Assembly (NCBI GenBank): GCA_021793645.1
Contig: JAJYSJ010000010.1
Location: 36,287 to 100,286, forward strand
DNA length: 64,000 nucleotides
Reading direction: 5' to 3'
Origin: Bacillota bacterium
GTDB taxonomy: Bacteria; Bacillota; Sulfobacillia; JAJZYS01; JAJYTV01
Shown here: one piece after another, positions 9,343 to 20,426 of the stretch
Numbering within the stretch: position 1 is the first letter of the stretch
Layout: the number at the start of each line of letters is the position of its first letter
Notes under the pieces: model-generated
The model's database searches: none
What the model was told of the DNA's origin: nothing
Seen by the model: the letters and a program-made list of their open reading frames with translations, nothing else
Program-made: the position numbers and the translations under genes

Positions 9343-11375
9343 TCGTCGAGTTCGGATTCCCGGAGCTCCCCTCGAGCGTGGTGGCGCAGGCGGAGCAGGA
9401 CCTGCGCGCGCTGACTCTTTCGGCCGTGCAGGATGCGCTCCTCGCGGAGGGCGACCTCGAGGCAGAGAGCTACAGCACTCCACGGCGCCTTGCGGTGCGC
9501 CTCTCGCCGCTGCGCCTAGCCCAGCCGGACCGCGAAGTCGAGGCGCGCGGGCCTTCGGTCGCGCAGGCCTTCAAGGACGGGCAGCCCACCAAGGCGGCCG
9601 AGGGCTTCGCGAGAAGCCAGGGGACGGACGTCGCGCACCTCGAGCGGCGCGAGACGCCGCAGGGGGAATACCTTTTCGCCAAGAGGAAGGTCGCCGGGCG
9701 GCCCGCCAAAGAAGTGCTGCTCGAGATCCTGCCGCAGGTGCTCACGCAGATGCGCTTTCCGCGTACGATGCGCTGGGCGGACGGCGCACCGCGCCTCCCG
9801 CGGCCGCTCATCTGGGCGATGGGCCTAATGGGCGGCGAGGTGCTGCCGTTCGCGATCGGACCGGTGACGGCCGGATCCGAGACCTACGGGCACCGCGTCA
9901 CTGCGCCGGGCCCGCACGCGGTGGAATCCGCGAAGGCGTATGCTTGCGTGCTGCGCGGGGCCGATGTCGAGCCGGACCGCGCAGTGCGGCGCGCACGGGT
10001 CGCGGACGGCGTACGGGCCGCGGCAGAGGAGCAAGGCCTGCGGGCGGAGATCCCGGAGGACCTGCTCGATGAGGTGACGGACCTCTGCGAGTGGCCAATG
10101 GCCTTCCTCGGGCGTTTCGAAACCGCGTACCTGGAACTGCCGGAGCCGGTCCTGACGGCAACCATGATTCACCACCAGCGCTTCTTCCCTGTGCGGGAAG
10201 CGGATGGGCGCCTTGCGGCACGCTTCGCCGCCGTGCGAAACGGCGGGCAGGAGGATGTCGTGCGGCGCGGCAACGAGACGGTGCTCGCTGCACGGCTGGC
10301 GGACGCGCTCTTCTTCTTCAAGGAAGACCGCCGCCAGACCCTGCGCGCGCGCCGCGATCAGCTGAGGGGCATCGCCTACGCACCGAAGCTCGGGACGCTC
10401 TACGACCGCAGCGTGCGCCTCGCACACCTCGCGGGGAAGCTCGCGGAACTGGCTGGCCACCCGGACCTCAAGTCGACGCTGGAGGAGGCGGGGGCGCTTG
10501 CGCTCTGCGACCGTGCGACGGCGCTGGTGCGCGAGCTCCCAGAGCTAGAGGGCACGATGGCGAAGGCCTATGCCCAGCTCGATGGCGAAGGGGACGCCGT
10601 GTGCCGTGCGGTTGGCGAGCGCGTACGCCCCCGCGGAGCAGAGGATGAACTGCCCGAGACGCCGGAGGGGACCCTCCTCGCGCTTGCGGACCGCCTCGAC
10701 CATTTGGTCGGGTTCCTCGCGAGCGGGCGCGCGCCCACGGGGTCGCAGGACCCCTTCGGGCTGCGCCGCGCGGCGATCGGGGCGCTGCGGCTATGGGAGC
10801 GCCTTCCCGGACTGTCGCTCCCGGATGCGCTCGATGCCGCGCTCGCCGGCTACTCAGGACTGCTCGGGGATGCGGCAGCCGGCGCGCGCGAGCAGCTGCC
10901 GGTCTTCCTCGCCGGCCGCCTTGCGTCGCGCGCGGAGGAACAGGGCCATGACGCACGGCTGATGCAGGCCGTACTCGCGGCCGGCATCGAGCATCCAGGC
11001 AATGTCTTCGCGCGCCTCGCGGCGCTCGAGGAAGTGGCGGAGGCCGATGAGTTCACGCCGCTCGTGCATGCCGCGCGGCGGGCCAAGAACCTCGCGAAGG
11101 AGGGCGATGACTTTGGCGCTGTCGGCGAAGAGGCGGCGCTGCTTTCGGCGGTCGAGTCCGTGGAGAGGGAAGGGGACGCCCTCTTCGCAGGCGGCGACTA
11201 CGCGGGCTACCTGCGGCGCGCATCGACGCTCTACGCTCCCCTCGACCGCTTCTTTACGGAGCTGATGATCATGTCGGAGGTTCCCGAGGAGCGCTCCCGC
11301 CGCCAGGCGATCCTCCACCGGGCGCACCTTGTGCTCTCGCGGGTCGCGGAGATCGCGGCCCTCAGCGCCGAGTGA
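9333..11375 (+). CDS. glyS: glycine--tRNA ligase beta subunit
   Basis: TPRRLA, RGP, GNE.VL.ARLADA.FF, PTGSQDPFGLRRAA. Confidence 0.95.
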   Translation: MELIVEFGFPELPSSVVAQAEQDLRALTLSAVQDALLAEGDLEAESYSTPRRLAVRLSPLRLAQPDREVEARGPSVAQAFKDGQPTKAAEGFARSQGTDVAHLERRETPQGEYLFAKRKVAGRPAKEVLLEILPQVLTQMRFPRTMRWADGAPRLPRPLIWAMGLMGGEVLPFAIGPVTAGSETYGHRVTAPGPHAVESAKAYACVLRGADVEPDRAVRRARVADGVRAAAEEQGLRAEIPEDLLDEVTDLCEWPMAFLGRFETAYLELPEPVLTATMIHHQRFFPVREADGRLAARFAAVRNGGQEDVVRRGNETVLAARLADALFFFKEDRRQTLRARRDQLRGIAYAPKLGTLYDRSVRLAHLAGKLAELAGHPDLKSTLEEAGALALCDRATALVRELPELEGTMAKAYAQLDGEGDAVCRAVGERVRPRGAEDELPETPEGTLLALADRLDHLVGFLASGRAPTGSQDPFGLRRAAIGALRLWERLPGLSLPDALDAALAGYSGLLGDAAAGAREQLPVFLAGRLASRAEEQGHDARLMQAVLAAGIEHPGNVFARLAALEEVAEADEFTPLVHAARRAKNLAKEGDDFGAVGEEAALLSAVESVEREGDALFAGGDYAGYLRRASTLYAPLDRFFTELMIMSEVPEERSRRQAILHRAHLVLSRVAEIAALSAE

Positions 11376-11384
11376 AGGCAGGAG

Positions 11385-12227
11385 GTGGGGCCTTTGGTAG
11401 GGAATAGCGGCGCGGACCTGCGCGTGCGGCCCGCGTTGATCGTGGTGATCTCGGACGCCTTGGGAGAGACGGCCGAGCTTGTGGCGCAGGCGGCCGCAAG
11501 CCAGTTTCCAGGGCATCCCGTCGAGGTTCGCAGGTTTCCGCACGTCACGACGGAACAGGACTTCCTGCAGGTCATGGCGGGCCTGAAGCAGATGCCAGCG
11601 GCGGTCGTCTACACAATCATCCTGCCGGAACTCAGGCAGGCGATCGCAGGGCACCTGCAGGCGTCCTCTGTGCCGTACGTCGACGTGATGGGTCCAGTGC
11701 TCGACGGGCTCGCGGGTGCGCTCGCCGCAGCGCCGAGCCGCCAGCCTGGCCTCGTGCACCGTTTGGATGCGCGGTATTTCCGTCGCGTCGAGGCGGTCGA
11801 GTTTGCGGTGCGGTACGATGATGGCAAGGATCCCGCCGGGATACTGCGCGCGGAGGTGGTGCTCCTCGGCGTCTCGCGGACGTCGAAGACCCCGACCTCG
11901 ATGTACCTTGCGCATCGCCAGATCAAGGTCGCGAACGTACCCCTCGTTCCGGAGGCCGACTTGCCCGACGAGATCTTCCAGGTCTCGCCGCGCAAGATCA
12001 TGGGTCTCACGATCAACCCGGAGATCCTTCTGCAGATTCGCACCGAGCGGCTGAAGAGTCTCGGGCTCGGCTCCGGGTCTCGCTACGCCGATCTCGGGAG
12101 GATCATCGAGGAGCTGGAGTACGCGGACCACGTGTACCGGCGCCTCGGCTGCACTGTCATAGATGTCTCCCAGAAGGCCGTGGAGGAGACGGCGAGCCGA
12201 ATCCTTGAACTTGTGGGGAGGACGTAG
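11385..12227 (+). CDS. pyruvate, phosphate dikinase regulatory protein (kinase/pyrophosphorylase)
   Basis: SDALGETAE, YDDGKD, GVSRTSKTP.SMYLA. Confidence 0.92.
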   Translation: MGPLVGNSGADLRVRPALIVVISDALGETAELVAQAAASQFPGHPVEVRRFPHVTTEQDFLQVMAGLKQMPAAVVYTIILPELRQAIAGHLQASSVPYVDVMGPVLDGLAGALAAAPSRQPGLVHRLDARYFRRVEAVEFAVRYDDGKDPAGILRAEVVLLGVSRTSKTPTSMYLAHRQIKVANVPLVPEADLPDEIFQVSPRKIMGLTINPEILLQIRTERLKSLGLGSGSRYADLGRIIEELEYADHVYRRLGCTVIDVSQKAVEETASRILELVGRT

Positions 12228-12230
12228 AAC

Positions 12231-14870
12231 GTGGCGGAAAAGTACGTATATCGCTTCGAGGAAGGCTCCAAGGACGACCGCGCGCGGCTTGGAGGCAAGG
12301 GAGCGAACCTCGCCGAGATGACGCGCGTCGGACTGCCCGTGCCCCCGGGCTTCACCGTCACCGCCCCGGCCTGCAACGCCTACAACAAACTTGGCCGCCA
12401 GTTTCCGGAGGGTCTCGAGGACGACGTCTGGCGCGAGGTGGCTGCACTCGAGGAGCGCGCGGGCAAGCAGTTCGGCGACCGCGAGAACCCGCTGCTCGTC
12501 TCGGTGCGCTCCGGTGCCGCCGTCTCGATGCCCGGCATGATGGACACCGTGCTGAACCTCGGTCTGAATCCACAGACGCGCGAGGGACTCGGCGCGCGTG
12601 CGGGCCGCCGCTTTGCGCTGGACTGCCACCGCCGATTCATCCAGATGTTCGGGAACGTCGTGCTGCACATGGAGCACAGCGACTTCGAGACGGTCCTCCA
12701 CGACGCGCGCGAGAAGGCGGGCGTGCACCAGGACCACGAGCTGACGGAGTCGGACCTCGAGGAGATCATCGTGCGCTACCTCCAACTCGTCGAACGCCAC
12801 ACGGGCCGACCCTTCCCGGAGGATCCGAGAGAGCAGCTGATCCTCGCGATCCGCGCCGTCTTCGACTCCTGGGAAAACCCGCGCGCGAAGGTCTACCGGC
12901 GGATCAACCAGATCCCCGACGATCTCGGCACCGCCGTGAATGTCCAGGCGATGGTCTTCGGCAACCTCTCGCCGCAGTCCGGCACGGGCGTCCTCTTCAC
13001 CCGCAACCCCAATACCGGGGAGAAGGTCCTCTACGGCGAATACCTGACGCAAGCGCAGGGTGAGGACGTCGTCGCGGGGATCCGCACGCCGAAGGAGATC
13101 GGGGTGCTGAAGGACGACATCCCGGCCGCTTACGACCAGGTGGAGAAGGTCGCGCAGCTACTGGAGCGGCACTACGCCGACATGCAGGACATCGAGTTTA
13201 CGATTGAGGACGGACGCCTCTATATGCTGCAGACGCGCAGCGGCAAGCGCTCAGCGCGGGCGTCTGTGAAGATCGCGGTGGACCTCGTGCGCGAGGGCAG
13301 GATCTCCAAGGCGGAAGCGCTCGGACGCGTCACGCCGGAACAGGTCGACCAGCTGCTGCACCGCGGCGTCGACCCCCATGCCCAGAACGAGGTGCTGGCG
13401 AAGGGCCTGCCTGCGTCGCCGGGCGCGGCGAGCGGGCAGATCGTCTTCGACGCCGACACGGCAGAGAAGCTCGGCCGTCTGGGCGAGAAGGTCCTTCTCG
13501 TACGGCCCGAGACGGCGCCCGACGACATTCACGGGATCGTGCTGGCGCAGGGCGTCCTCACCTCGCGCGGCGGCATGACCTGCCACGCCGCGATCGTGGC
13601 GCGCGGCATGGGCAAGCCCTGCATCGTCGGCTGCGAGGCGCTGAAGATCGACCTCGGCCGCAAGGAACTGCAGGTCGGGGACCGCACGTTCAAGGAGAAC
13701 GACACGATCTCGATCGACGGGGCGACAGGCCGCGTCTTCGCGGGTCAGGTCGCGATGGTCGAGCCGGAGCTGGGCAAGGAGGCGTCGGAGATCCTCGCCT
13801 GGGCCGACGAGACGCGCCGCCTCGGGGTGATGGCGAACGCGGACACGCCGGAAGACGCGGAGAAGGCGCGCGCCTTCGGCGCGCAGGGCGTCGGCCTGTG
13901 CCGCACGGAGCACATGTTCATGCAGCAGGACCGCCTGCCCGTGGTGCAGGAGATGATCCTCGCTGGCACCGAAGCGGAGCGCCGTGCAGCGCTCGATCGC
14001 CTGCTGCCATTCCAGGAGGGCGACTTCTACGGCATCCTGAAGGCGATGCGGGGCCTTCCGGTGACGATACGCCTTCTGGATCCTCCGCTCCACGAGTTCC
14101 TCCCTGACGTCGAGGAACTGGCCGTCGAGGTGGCGCTGCTCAAGGAGCGCGGCCAGCAGGGCAGCGAAGCATACCGGCGCAAGGCAGATCTCCTTCGCCA
14201 GGCGCGGGCGCTTTCCGAGTTCAACCCCATGCTCGGCTTCCGCGGCTGCCGTCTCGGCCTCATCTACCCGGAGATCTACGAGATGCAGGCGCGGGCGATT
14301 TTCCAGGCGACGGCGAGACTGCAGCGCGAGGGGATCGACGTGCACCCAGAGGTGATGATCCCGCTCGTAGGCGACCCCAAGGAGCTTCAGATCTCACGCA
14401 AGCTCGTCGCGGCGGTGCACCAGCAGGTGCAGAGCGAGACGGGCGCGAGCATCCCTCTGAAGGTCGGGACGATGCTCGAGGTGCCGCGCGCCTGCCTCCT
14501 TGCCGGGGAGATCGCGCAGCACGCCGACTTCTTCTCCTTCGGCACGAACGACCTGACGCAGACGACCTTTGGCTACAGCCGCGACGACGCGGAAGGCAAG
14601 TTCCTCACCCGCTACCTTGAGGAGAAGGTGCTCGAGGAGAACCCCTTCGCGGTGCTCGACCAGGCCGGAGTGGGCCAGCTCGTGACGTTCGGCGTCGCGC
14701 GCGGCCGCGCCGTGAAGCCGGAACTGAAGGTCGGGATCTGCGGAGAGCACGGCGGCGAACCGCGTTCGATCGCGTTCTGCCACCGCACGGGGCTCAACTA
14801 CGTGTCATGCTCGCCCTATCGCGTGCCGATCGCTCGGCTCGCTGCGGCGCGCGCGGCCCTGGAGGACTAA
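12231..14870 (+). CDS. ppdK: pyruvate, phosphate dikinase
   Basis: LGGKGANLAEM, SMPGMMDT, GGMTCHAAIVAR, GLCRTEHMF, GICGEHGG. Confidence 0.97.
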   Translation: MAEKYVYRFEEGSKDDRARLGGKGANLAEMTRVGLPVPPGFTVTAPACNAYNKLGRQFPEGLEDDVWREVAALEERAGKQFGDRENPLLVSVRSGAAVSMPGMMDTVLNLGLNPQTREGLGARAGRRFALDCHRRFIQMFGNVVLHMEHSDFETVLHDAREKAGVHQDHELTESDLEEIIVRYLQLVERHTGRPFPEDPREQLILAIRAVFDSWENPRAKVYRRINQIPDDLGTAVNVQAMVFGNLSPQSGTGVLFTRNPNTGEKVLYGEYLTQAQGEDVVAGIRTPKEIGVLKDDIPAAYDQVEKVAQLLERHYADMQDIEFTIEDGRLYMLQTRSGKRSARASVKIAVDLVREGRISKAEALGRVTPEQVDQLLHRGVDPHAQNEVLAKGLPASPGAASGQIVFDADTAEKLGRLGEKVLLVRPETAPDDIHGIVLAQGVLTSRGGMTCHAAIVARGMGKPCIVGCEALKIDLGRKELQVGDRTFKENDTISIDGATGRVFAGQVAMVEPELGKEASEILAWADETRRLGVMANADTPEDAEKARAFGAQGVGLCRTEHMFMQQDRLPVVQEMILAGTEAERRAALDRLLPFQEGDFYGILKAMRGLPVTIRLLDPPLHEFLPDVEELAVEVALLKERGQQGSEAYRRKADLLRQARALSEFNPMLGFRGCRLGLIYPEIYEMQARAIFQATARLQREGIDVHPEVMIPLVGDPKELQISRKLVAAVHQQVQSETGASIPLKVGTMLEVPRACLLAGEIAQHADFFSFGTNDLTQTTFGYSRDDAEGKFLTRYLEEKVLEENPFAVLDQAGVGQLVTFGVARGRAVKPELKVGICGEHGGEPRSIAFCHRTGLNYVSCSPYRVPIARLAAARAALED

Positions 14871-14872
14871 GG

Positions 14873-16321
14873 GTGGCAGAGATCGAGCAGGAGATCCTCC
14901 GCCTCTACCTGAGCGCATTCGGCGTCGAGCGGCAGGAGGCCGGGCAGGGATTCGAGGGGTTCGGCGAGGGGCCGATGCCCGAGGAGATCGAACGCCTCCA
15001 GCAGAGGCTGGGAGAGGCGCCTGCCGCGCGGCGGGCGCTCCTCTCCCGCCTGCTCTGGCGCGCCGAGCGCCGCGGGGCGCAGCGCGCGGTGGATCCTTCC
15101 GTCGCGGCCGGCGAGGCGCTCGGGGCAATGGTGCTTGCGGAACTGCATGGCGATGCCGAACGCGCCGCGGTGCTGCAAAGCGTGCCGGCGCATCTCGGCG
15201 CCGCGATTTCTGGTGCGCAGGGCAGGCCGCTGCGCGGGGTGGCACGTTCCTTCGCTGCGCAGGCGGCGTCGCTTGCCGCAGGCCTTCTCCTGGCGCGCGA
15301 CGCGAACCCGGAACGCGCCGAGGAGGGCGATCCGCTGGCGCTTGGCTTCATGGCCTGCGAGCATTTCGTGCGCGGCCTCGACGCGCTCGGGGAGGCGCCG
15401 TTGGAGCAGCCGATGGGCGCGCATCCCTACGCTGACTTCCTCTATGCCGAGTCTGGCGTGCCGCTGCTCCCAAAGGAGGTGGCGGAAGCCGCGATGACCG
15501 CGATGCAGGCGGAGCTGCGCGAGGCGCGGCGCATCGCGCGGCAGATCGCTCCAGGGGAAGACCTCTTCGAAGTCGTCGAGGGGATCGGGGAGGACGCGCC
15601 GGAGAACGAGGCGGAGCTGCTCGACGTGTACCGCGCGGCGCGCGATGGAGTCGCGGCGGCGGTGGCGGGCGACTTCCCGGCGGCGCAGGCTGCGCTGGAG
15701 ATCTCCCTGGCGCCGGCGCAACTGCACGGTCTGCTCCCCTTGACGGCGTATCTTCCCCCCTCGCAGAGCGACCCTGCGGGGACGGTGCTGCTGAGCCAGG
15801 CGCTTGGGCCGATGCAGAGCGCGCACGCACGAGCGCGCACCTACCTCGCGATGGCGCACGACGGCATTCCCGGCAGCCATCTCCTCTTCTCCGCGGCGAA
15901 GGGGGACACACTGCGCCGCCTCCTGCTCTCGCCGTTCGCGGCGCAGGGATGGGCGCTCTACGCGGCGCGCTACGCCGCTGAGCGCCTGGGTAGCGAAAAG
16001 ATCCTCCTGATCGCGGCGCTCGATGCGGCGCAGCGTGCGGCGCGCGCCTTCGCGGATGCGGCGCTGCACGCCGGGATCGCGCCGCGCGCACAGATCCTGG
16101 CGGCGCTTTCGGATGCCCTGTCGCTGCCAGAGGCGCTTGCGGAGGCGGAGCTGCATGCCCTGTCGCACCAGCCGGGTTCCGGAGCGCTGCCCTGGTGGCT
16201 TGCGGTCGACATCGGGGAGCGCGTGCGTCGGGACGTGGAGGGAGGCAGCACGGCGCGGGCAGCGCATGAGGCGATCCTTGCGGGCGGCGCACTGCCGCCG
16301 GTGCAGGAGGCGAGCGCATGA
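14873..16321 (+). CDS. DUF885-like protein with degenerate metal motif
   Basis: AHDGIPGSHL and QGWALYA resemble DUF885 HExxPGHH / EGWALYAE. Confidence 0.6.
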   Translation: MAEIEQEILRLYLSAFGVERQEAGQGFEGFGEGPMPEEIERLQQRLGEAPAARRALLSRLLWRAERRGAQRAVDPSVAAGEALGAMVLAELHGDAERAAVLQSVPAHLGAAISGAQGRPLRGVARSFAAQAASLAAGLLLARDANPERAEEGDPLALGFMACEHFVRGLDALGEAPLEQPMGAHPYADFLYAESGVPLLPKEVAEAAMTAMQAELREARRIARQIAPGEDLFEVVEGIGEDAPENEAELLDVYRAARDGVAAAVAGDFPAAQAALEISLAPAQLHGLLPLTAYLPPSQSDPAGTVLLSQALGPMQSAHARARTYLAMAHDGIPGSHLLFSAAKGDTLRRLLLSPFAAQGWALYAARYAAERLGSEKILLIAALDAAQRAARAFADAALHAGIAPRAQILAALSDALSLPEALAEAELHALSHQPGSGALPWWLAVDIGERVRRDVEGGSTARAAHEAILAGGALPPVQEASA

Positions 16322-17313
16322 ATCCGACGCCGAGGGCCTTTACGGAGGAGCGCGAACAGCGCGACCTCCAGCCGTGGGCGGCGCACAGCGCCCAGAGCGC
16401 TGGGCGCCAGCGCCCGGAGGCGGACACGGACTCCGTGCGCACCGCGTTTCAGCGAGACCGCGACCGGATCATCCACGCGAAGGCGTTTCGCCGGCTGAAG
16501 GATAAGACACAGGTCTTCATTGCGGCAGAGGGAGATCACTACCGCACACGGCTCACCCATACCTTGGAGGTGGCGCAGATCGCGCGCACGCTTGCGCGGG
16601 CGCTGCGCCTCAACGAGGACCTCACGGAAGCGATCGCGCTCGCGCACGACATCGGCCACACGCCCTTCGGCCACGCCGGGGAGCGGGTGCTGGATGAGCT
16701 TGTGCCGGGCGGCTTTCGCCACTACGAGCAGAGCCTGCGGGTCTGCGACATGCTGGAGCGGCCAGGCGGACTGAACCTCACCCAGGAGGTGCGCGACGGC
16801 ATCGTCTCGCACACCGCGAGCGGGCGCCCGGGCACGCTCGAGGCACGGGTCGTTCACCTTGCAGACCGGATCGCCTATGTGAACCACGACATCGACGACG
16901 CCTTGCGCGCGCAGATCATCCAGGCAGACGAACTGCCGAAGGGGCCGATTCGCCTGCTTGGCAACCGCCACTCCCAGCGCATTCACCACCTCGTCCTCGC
17001 CGTCATATCCGAGTCCGAGGGCCAGGACAAGGCCGCGATGCGCCCAGAGGAGGCGCAAGCGCTCGAGGAGCTGCGCCAGTTCCTCTTCCAGCGGGTCTAC
17101 TTCGGCTCGCCTCCGAAGGTGGAGGAGAAGAAGGCGGAGGGAATCCTGCGCCAGCTCTATCTGCACTACCGGGAGAATCCGGAGCTGCTGCCCGCGCAGA
17201 GCGCGCCGGGCGAGGAGGGCGTGCGCGACTACTGCGCTGGAATGACCGATCACTTCGCGATCTCGCAGTATGCGCGGTTCTTCCTGCCGAGGCCTTGGCC
17301 GCCGGAGGAATAG
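16318..17313 (+). CDS. dgt: deoxyguanosinetriphosphate triphosphohydrolase-like protein
   Basis: FQRDRDRI, AFRRLKDKTQV, RTRLTHTLEV, HDIGHTPFGHAGE. Confidence 0.95.
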   Translation: MNPTPRAFTEEREQRDLQPWAAHSAQSAGRQRPEADTDSVRTAFQRDRDRIIHAKAFRRLKDKTQVFIAAEGDHYRTRLTHTLEVAQIARTLARALRLNEDLTEAIALAHDIGHTPFGHAGERVLDELVPGGFRHYEQSLRVCDMLERPGGLNLTQEVRDGIVSHTASGRPGTLEARVVHLADRIAYVNHDIDDALRAQIIQADELPKGPIRLLGNRHSQRIHHLVLAVISESEGQDKAAMRPEEAQALEELRQFLFQRVYFGSPPKVEEKKAEGILRQLYLHYRENPELLPAQSAPGEEGVRDYCAGMTDHFAISQYARFFLPRPWPPEE

Positions 17314-17357
17314 TGTCGCACGGTGGCGAAACTGAGTAAGGCTCCGCTATCTGGGGG

Positions 17358-19106
17358 GTGTCATCCTTGCCCTTCCGCGCGGAGGGGCTGGACGAACTTC
17401 GGCGCAGGATCGACATCGCGGCGGTCGTCGGACAGACGGTCGCACTGCGACGCCAGGGCGCGCGCCTCGTCGGACTTTGCCCCTTCCATAGTGAAAAATC
17501 TCCGTCCTTCTCCGTTTCACCCGAACGGGGCCTTTTTTACTGCTTCGGCTGCCACGCAGGTGGCGACGCAATCGACTTTGTCATGCGCCGCGACAGCCTG
17601 TCGTTCCGCGAATCGGTAGAGATCCTTGCCCAGGAGTTCGGCGTGCAGCTGCCGGAGGAGAACGTCGAGAGCGGTGAGGCCGCGCAGCGCCAGGAGCGGC
17701 GCGCGAAGCTGCTGAAGCTGATGGAAGCGGCGCAGGCGCTGTTCGCATCCTTCCTGTTGGACGATGGCGGCGAGGGAGCGCGGAGCTACCTCGCAGGCAG
17801 AGGCCTGCACGCGCCGGACGCGAAGCGCTTCGATCTCGGCTACGCGCCGGGGGACGGGCAGCTCCTCCAGCGCCTCAAGGCGCCGCAGGACCTGCTGATG
17901 GAGGCGGGCCTTGCGGTGCGCCACGAGAGCGGCCGCGTCTACGAGCGCTTCCGCGACCGTGTCACCTTCGCCATCCGCGACCGCGCGGGCCGCATCGTTG
18001 GCTTTGGCGGGCGTACGATGGGCGACGGGCAGCCCAAATATCTCAACTCCCCTGAGACGCCGCTCTTCCATAAGGGAAGCATTCTCTACGCGTGGCCGTG
18101 GGGGCAGCGCACCATCCAGGAGGAACGCGCCGTGACGCTCTGCGAAGGCTACATGGACGCGATCGCGCTGCATCGCGGCGGCTTCGCCGCGACGGTCGCG
18201 ACGCTGGGGACCGCGCTCACCGAAGAGCATGCGCGTCAGATCGGTCGCGTGGCGCGGCGCGCCTATCTCGCATTCGATACGGACAACGCAGGCAAGATGG
18301 CCGTGCGACGCAGCGTGCAGCCGCTGCTGGCGCAGGGACTTGAGGTACTCGTTGTTTCGCCGCCCGAAGGGAAGGATCCAGATGAACTGTTGCGAGCCAA
18401 AGGGCCAGAGGCATGGCGTGAAGCCCTGGTCAAGGCGGAACCCGTGACCGCGTGGCTCTACTCCGAGGCGGTCGCGCAGTACGGCGTCGACTCGCCGGCC
18501 GCGAAGGCGCACGTCACGGAGGAGGTCTTCAGTGCGCTTCGCGCGCTGCAAAGCCCGCTAGTGCGCGATGAGGAACTCCGTCGCCTCGCGCTGCGGCTAG
18601 AGGTGCGAGAGGAGGCGCTCAGAGCGGAATTTCAGCACGGACGCGCGGGGGACAGAACGCATACGCTGCAAAATCCAAGGAATAGTACTAGAAATACGGC
18701 AGTCCCGCCCGCGCGCCCTGACTGGCTGCTCGTGGAGACGACGCTCCTCTCGCTTGTGGCGCTGTATCCGGATGCGACTTCAGAGATCCGCGGAGCGTGC
18801 CGCCCGCTGAAGGATCCGTCGTGTGAAGCAGCCCTCGCCCTTGCGGCGGCCGGGGACGACCCGGCACAGTCCGAAGACGAGGGCGTGCGACGTGCCTGGG
18901 CGGAAGCGTCTCTTGCGGAAACGCTTCCCAGGGAAGAAATTGCGAAAGCCATTGCTCGGTGGACACTAGCAGGTAAAAGGGAAAGACTGAACGAAGTCAA
19001 TCGCATCATTCTAGAGATGCAAGAGGCAGGTCAACCGATTGATTCGTCCCTCATGGTTGAATCCCATCAACTTTCGCTCGAGACTGAACGCCTTCGAAGG
19101 GGGTGA
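17358..19106 (+). CDS. dnaG: DNA primase
   Basis: CPFH.EKSPSF zinc finger, GFGGR, KYLNSPET, EGYMD, TOPRIM FDTD. Confidence 0.97.
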   Translation: MSSLPFRAEGLDELRRRIDIAAVVGQTVALRRQGARLVGLCPFHSEKSPSFSVSPERGLFYCFGCHAGGDAIDFVMRRDSLSFRESVEILAQEFGVQLPEENVESGEAAQRQERRAKLLKLMEAAQALFASFLLDDGGEGARSYLAGRGLHAPDAKRFDLGYAPGDGQLLQRLKAPQDLLMEAGLAVRHESGRVYERFRDRVTFAIRDRAGRIVGFGGRTMGDGQPKYLNSPETPLFHKGSILYAWPWGQRTIQEERAVTLCEGYMDAIALHRGGFAATVATLGTALTEEHARQIGRVARRAYLAFDTDNAGKMAVRRSVQPLLAQGLEVLVVSPPEGKDPDELLRAKGPEAWREALVKAEPVTAWLYSEAVAQYGVDSPAAKAHVTEEVFSALRALQSPLVRDEELRRLALRLEVREEALRAEFQHGRAGDRTHTLQNPRNSTRNTAVPPARPDWLLVETTLLSLVALYPDATSEIRGACRPLKDPSCEAALALAAAGDDPAQSEDEGVRRAWAEASLAETLPREEIAKAIARWTLAGKRERLNEVNRIILEMQEAGQPIDSSLMVESHQLSLETERLRRG

Positions 19107-19115
19107 GTAGCACAC

Positions 19116-20189
<1,074 letters not shown>

Positions 20190-20200
20190 TGGGAAGCAGC

Positions 20201-20238
20201 AGCGGGGGATCTGGCAGGCGCCGGATCCCCCGCTTCGT
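20201..20238 (+). terminator. hairpin after sigA
   Basis: AGCGGGGGATCTGGC-AGGC-GCCGGATCCCCCGCT; weak U tail. Confidence 0.6.
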
Positions 20239-20426
20239 CCGCCTGTGCTTTGGTGCCGCTTCGCAAGAGCCTCGTGCGCGGCTCCGTTCGGTCGTCTGAC
20301 GGGGACGAAGGGTGCGTAGCGCCCGTGCGCGCAGTGCGTCCCACGAGTCCTCACGATCGCGCGGCGAGCGGACGAATGTCTCTTGCGCCACCCTACTCTG
20401 GGCACCCTAGGGCGGGAGGGATGCCC

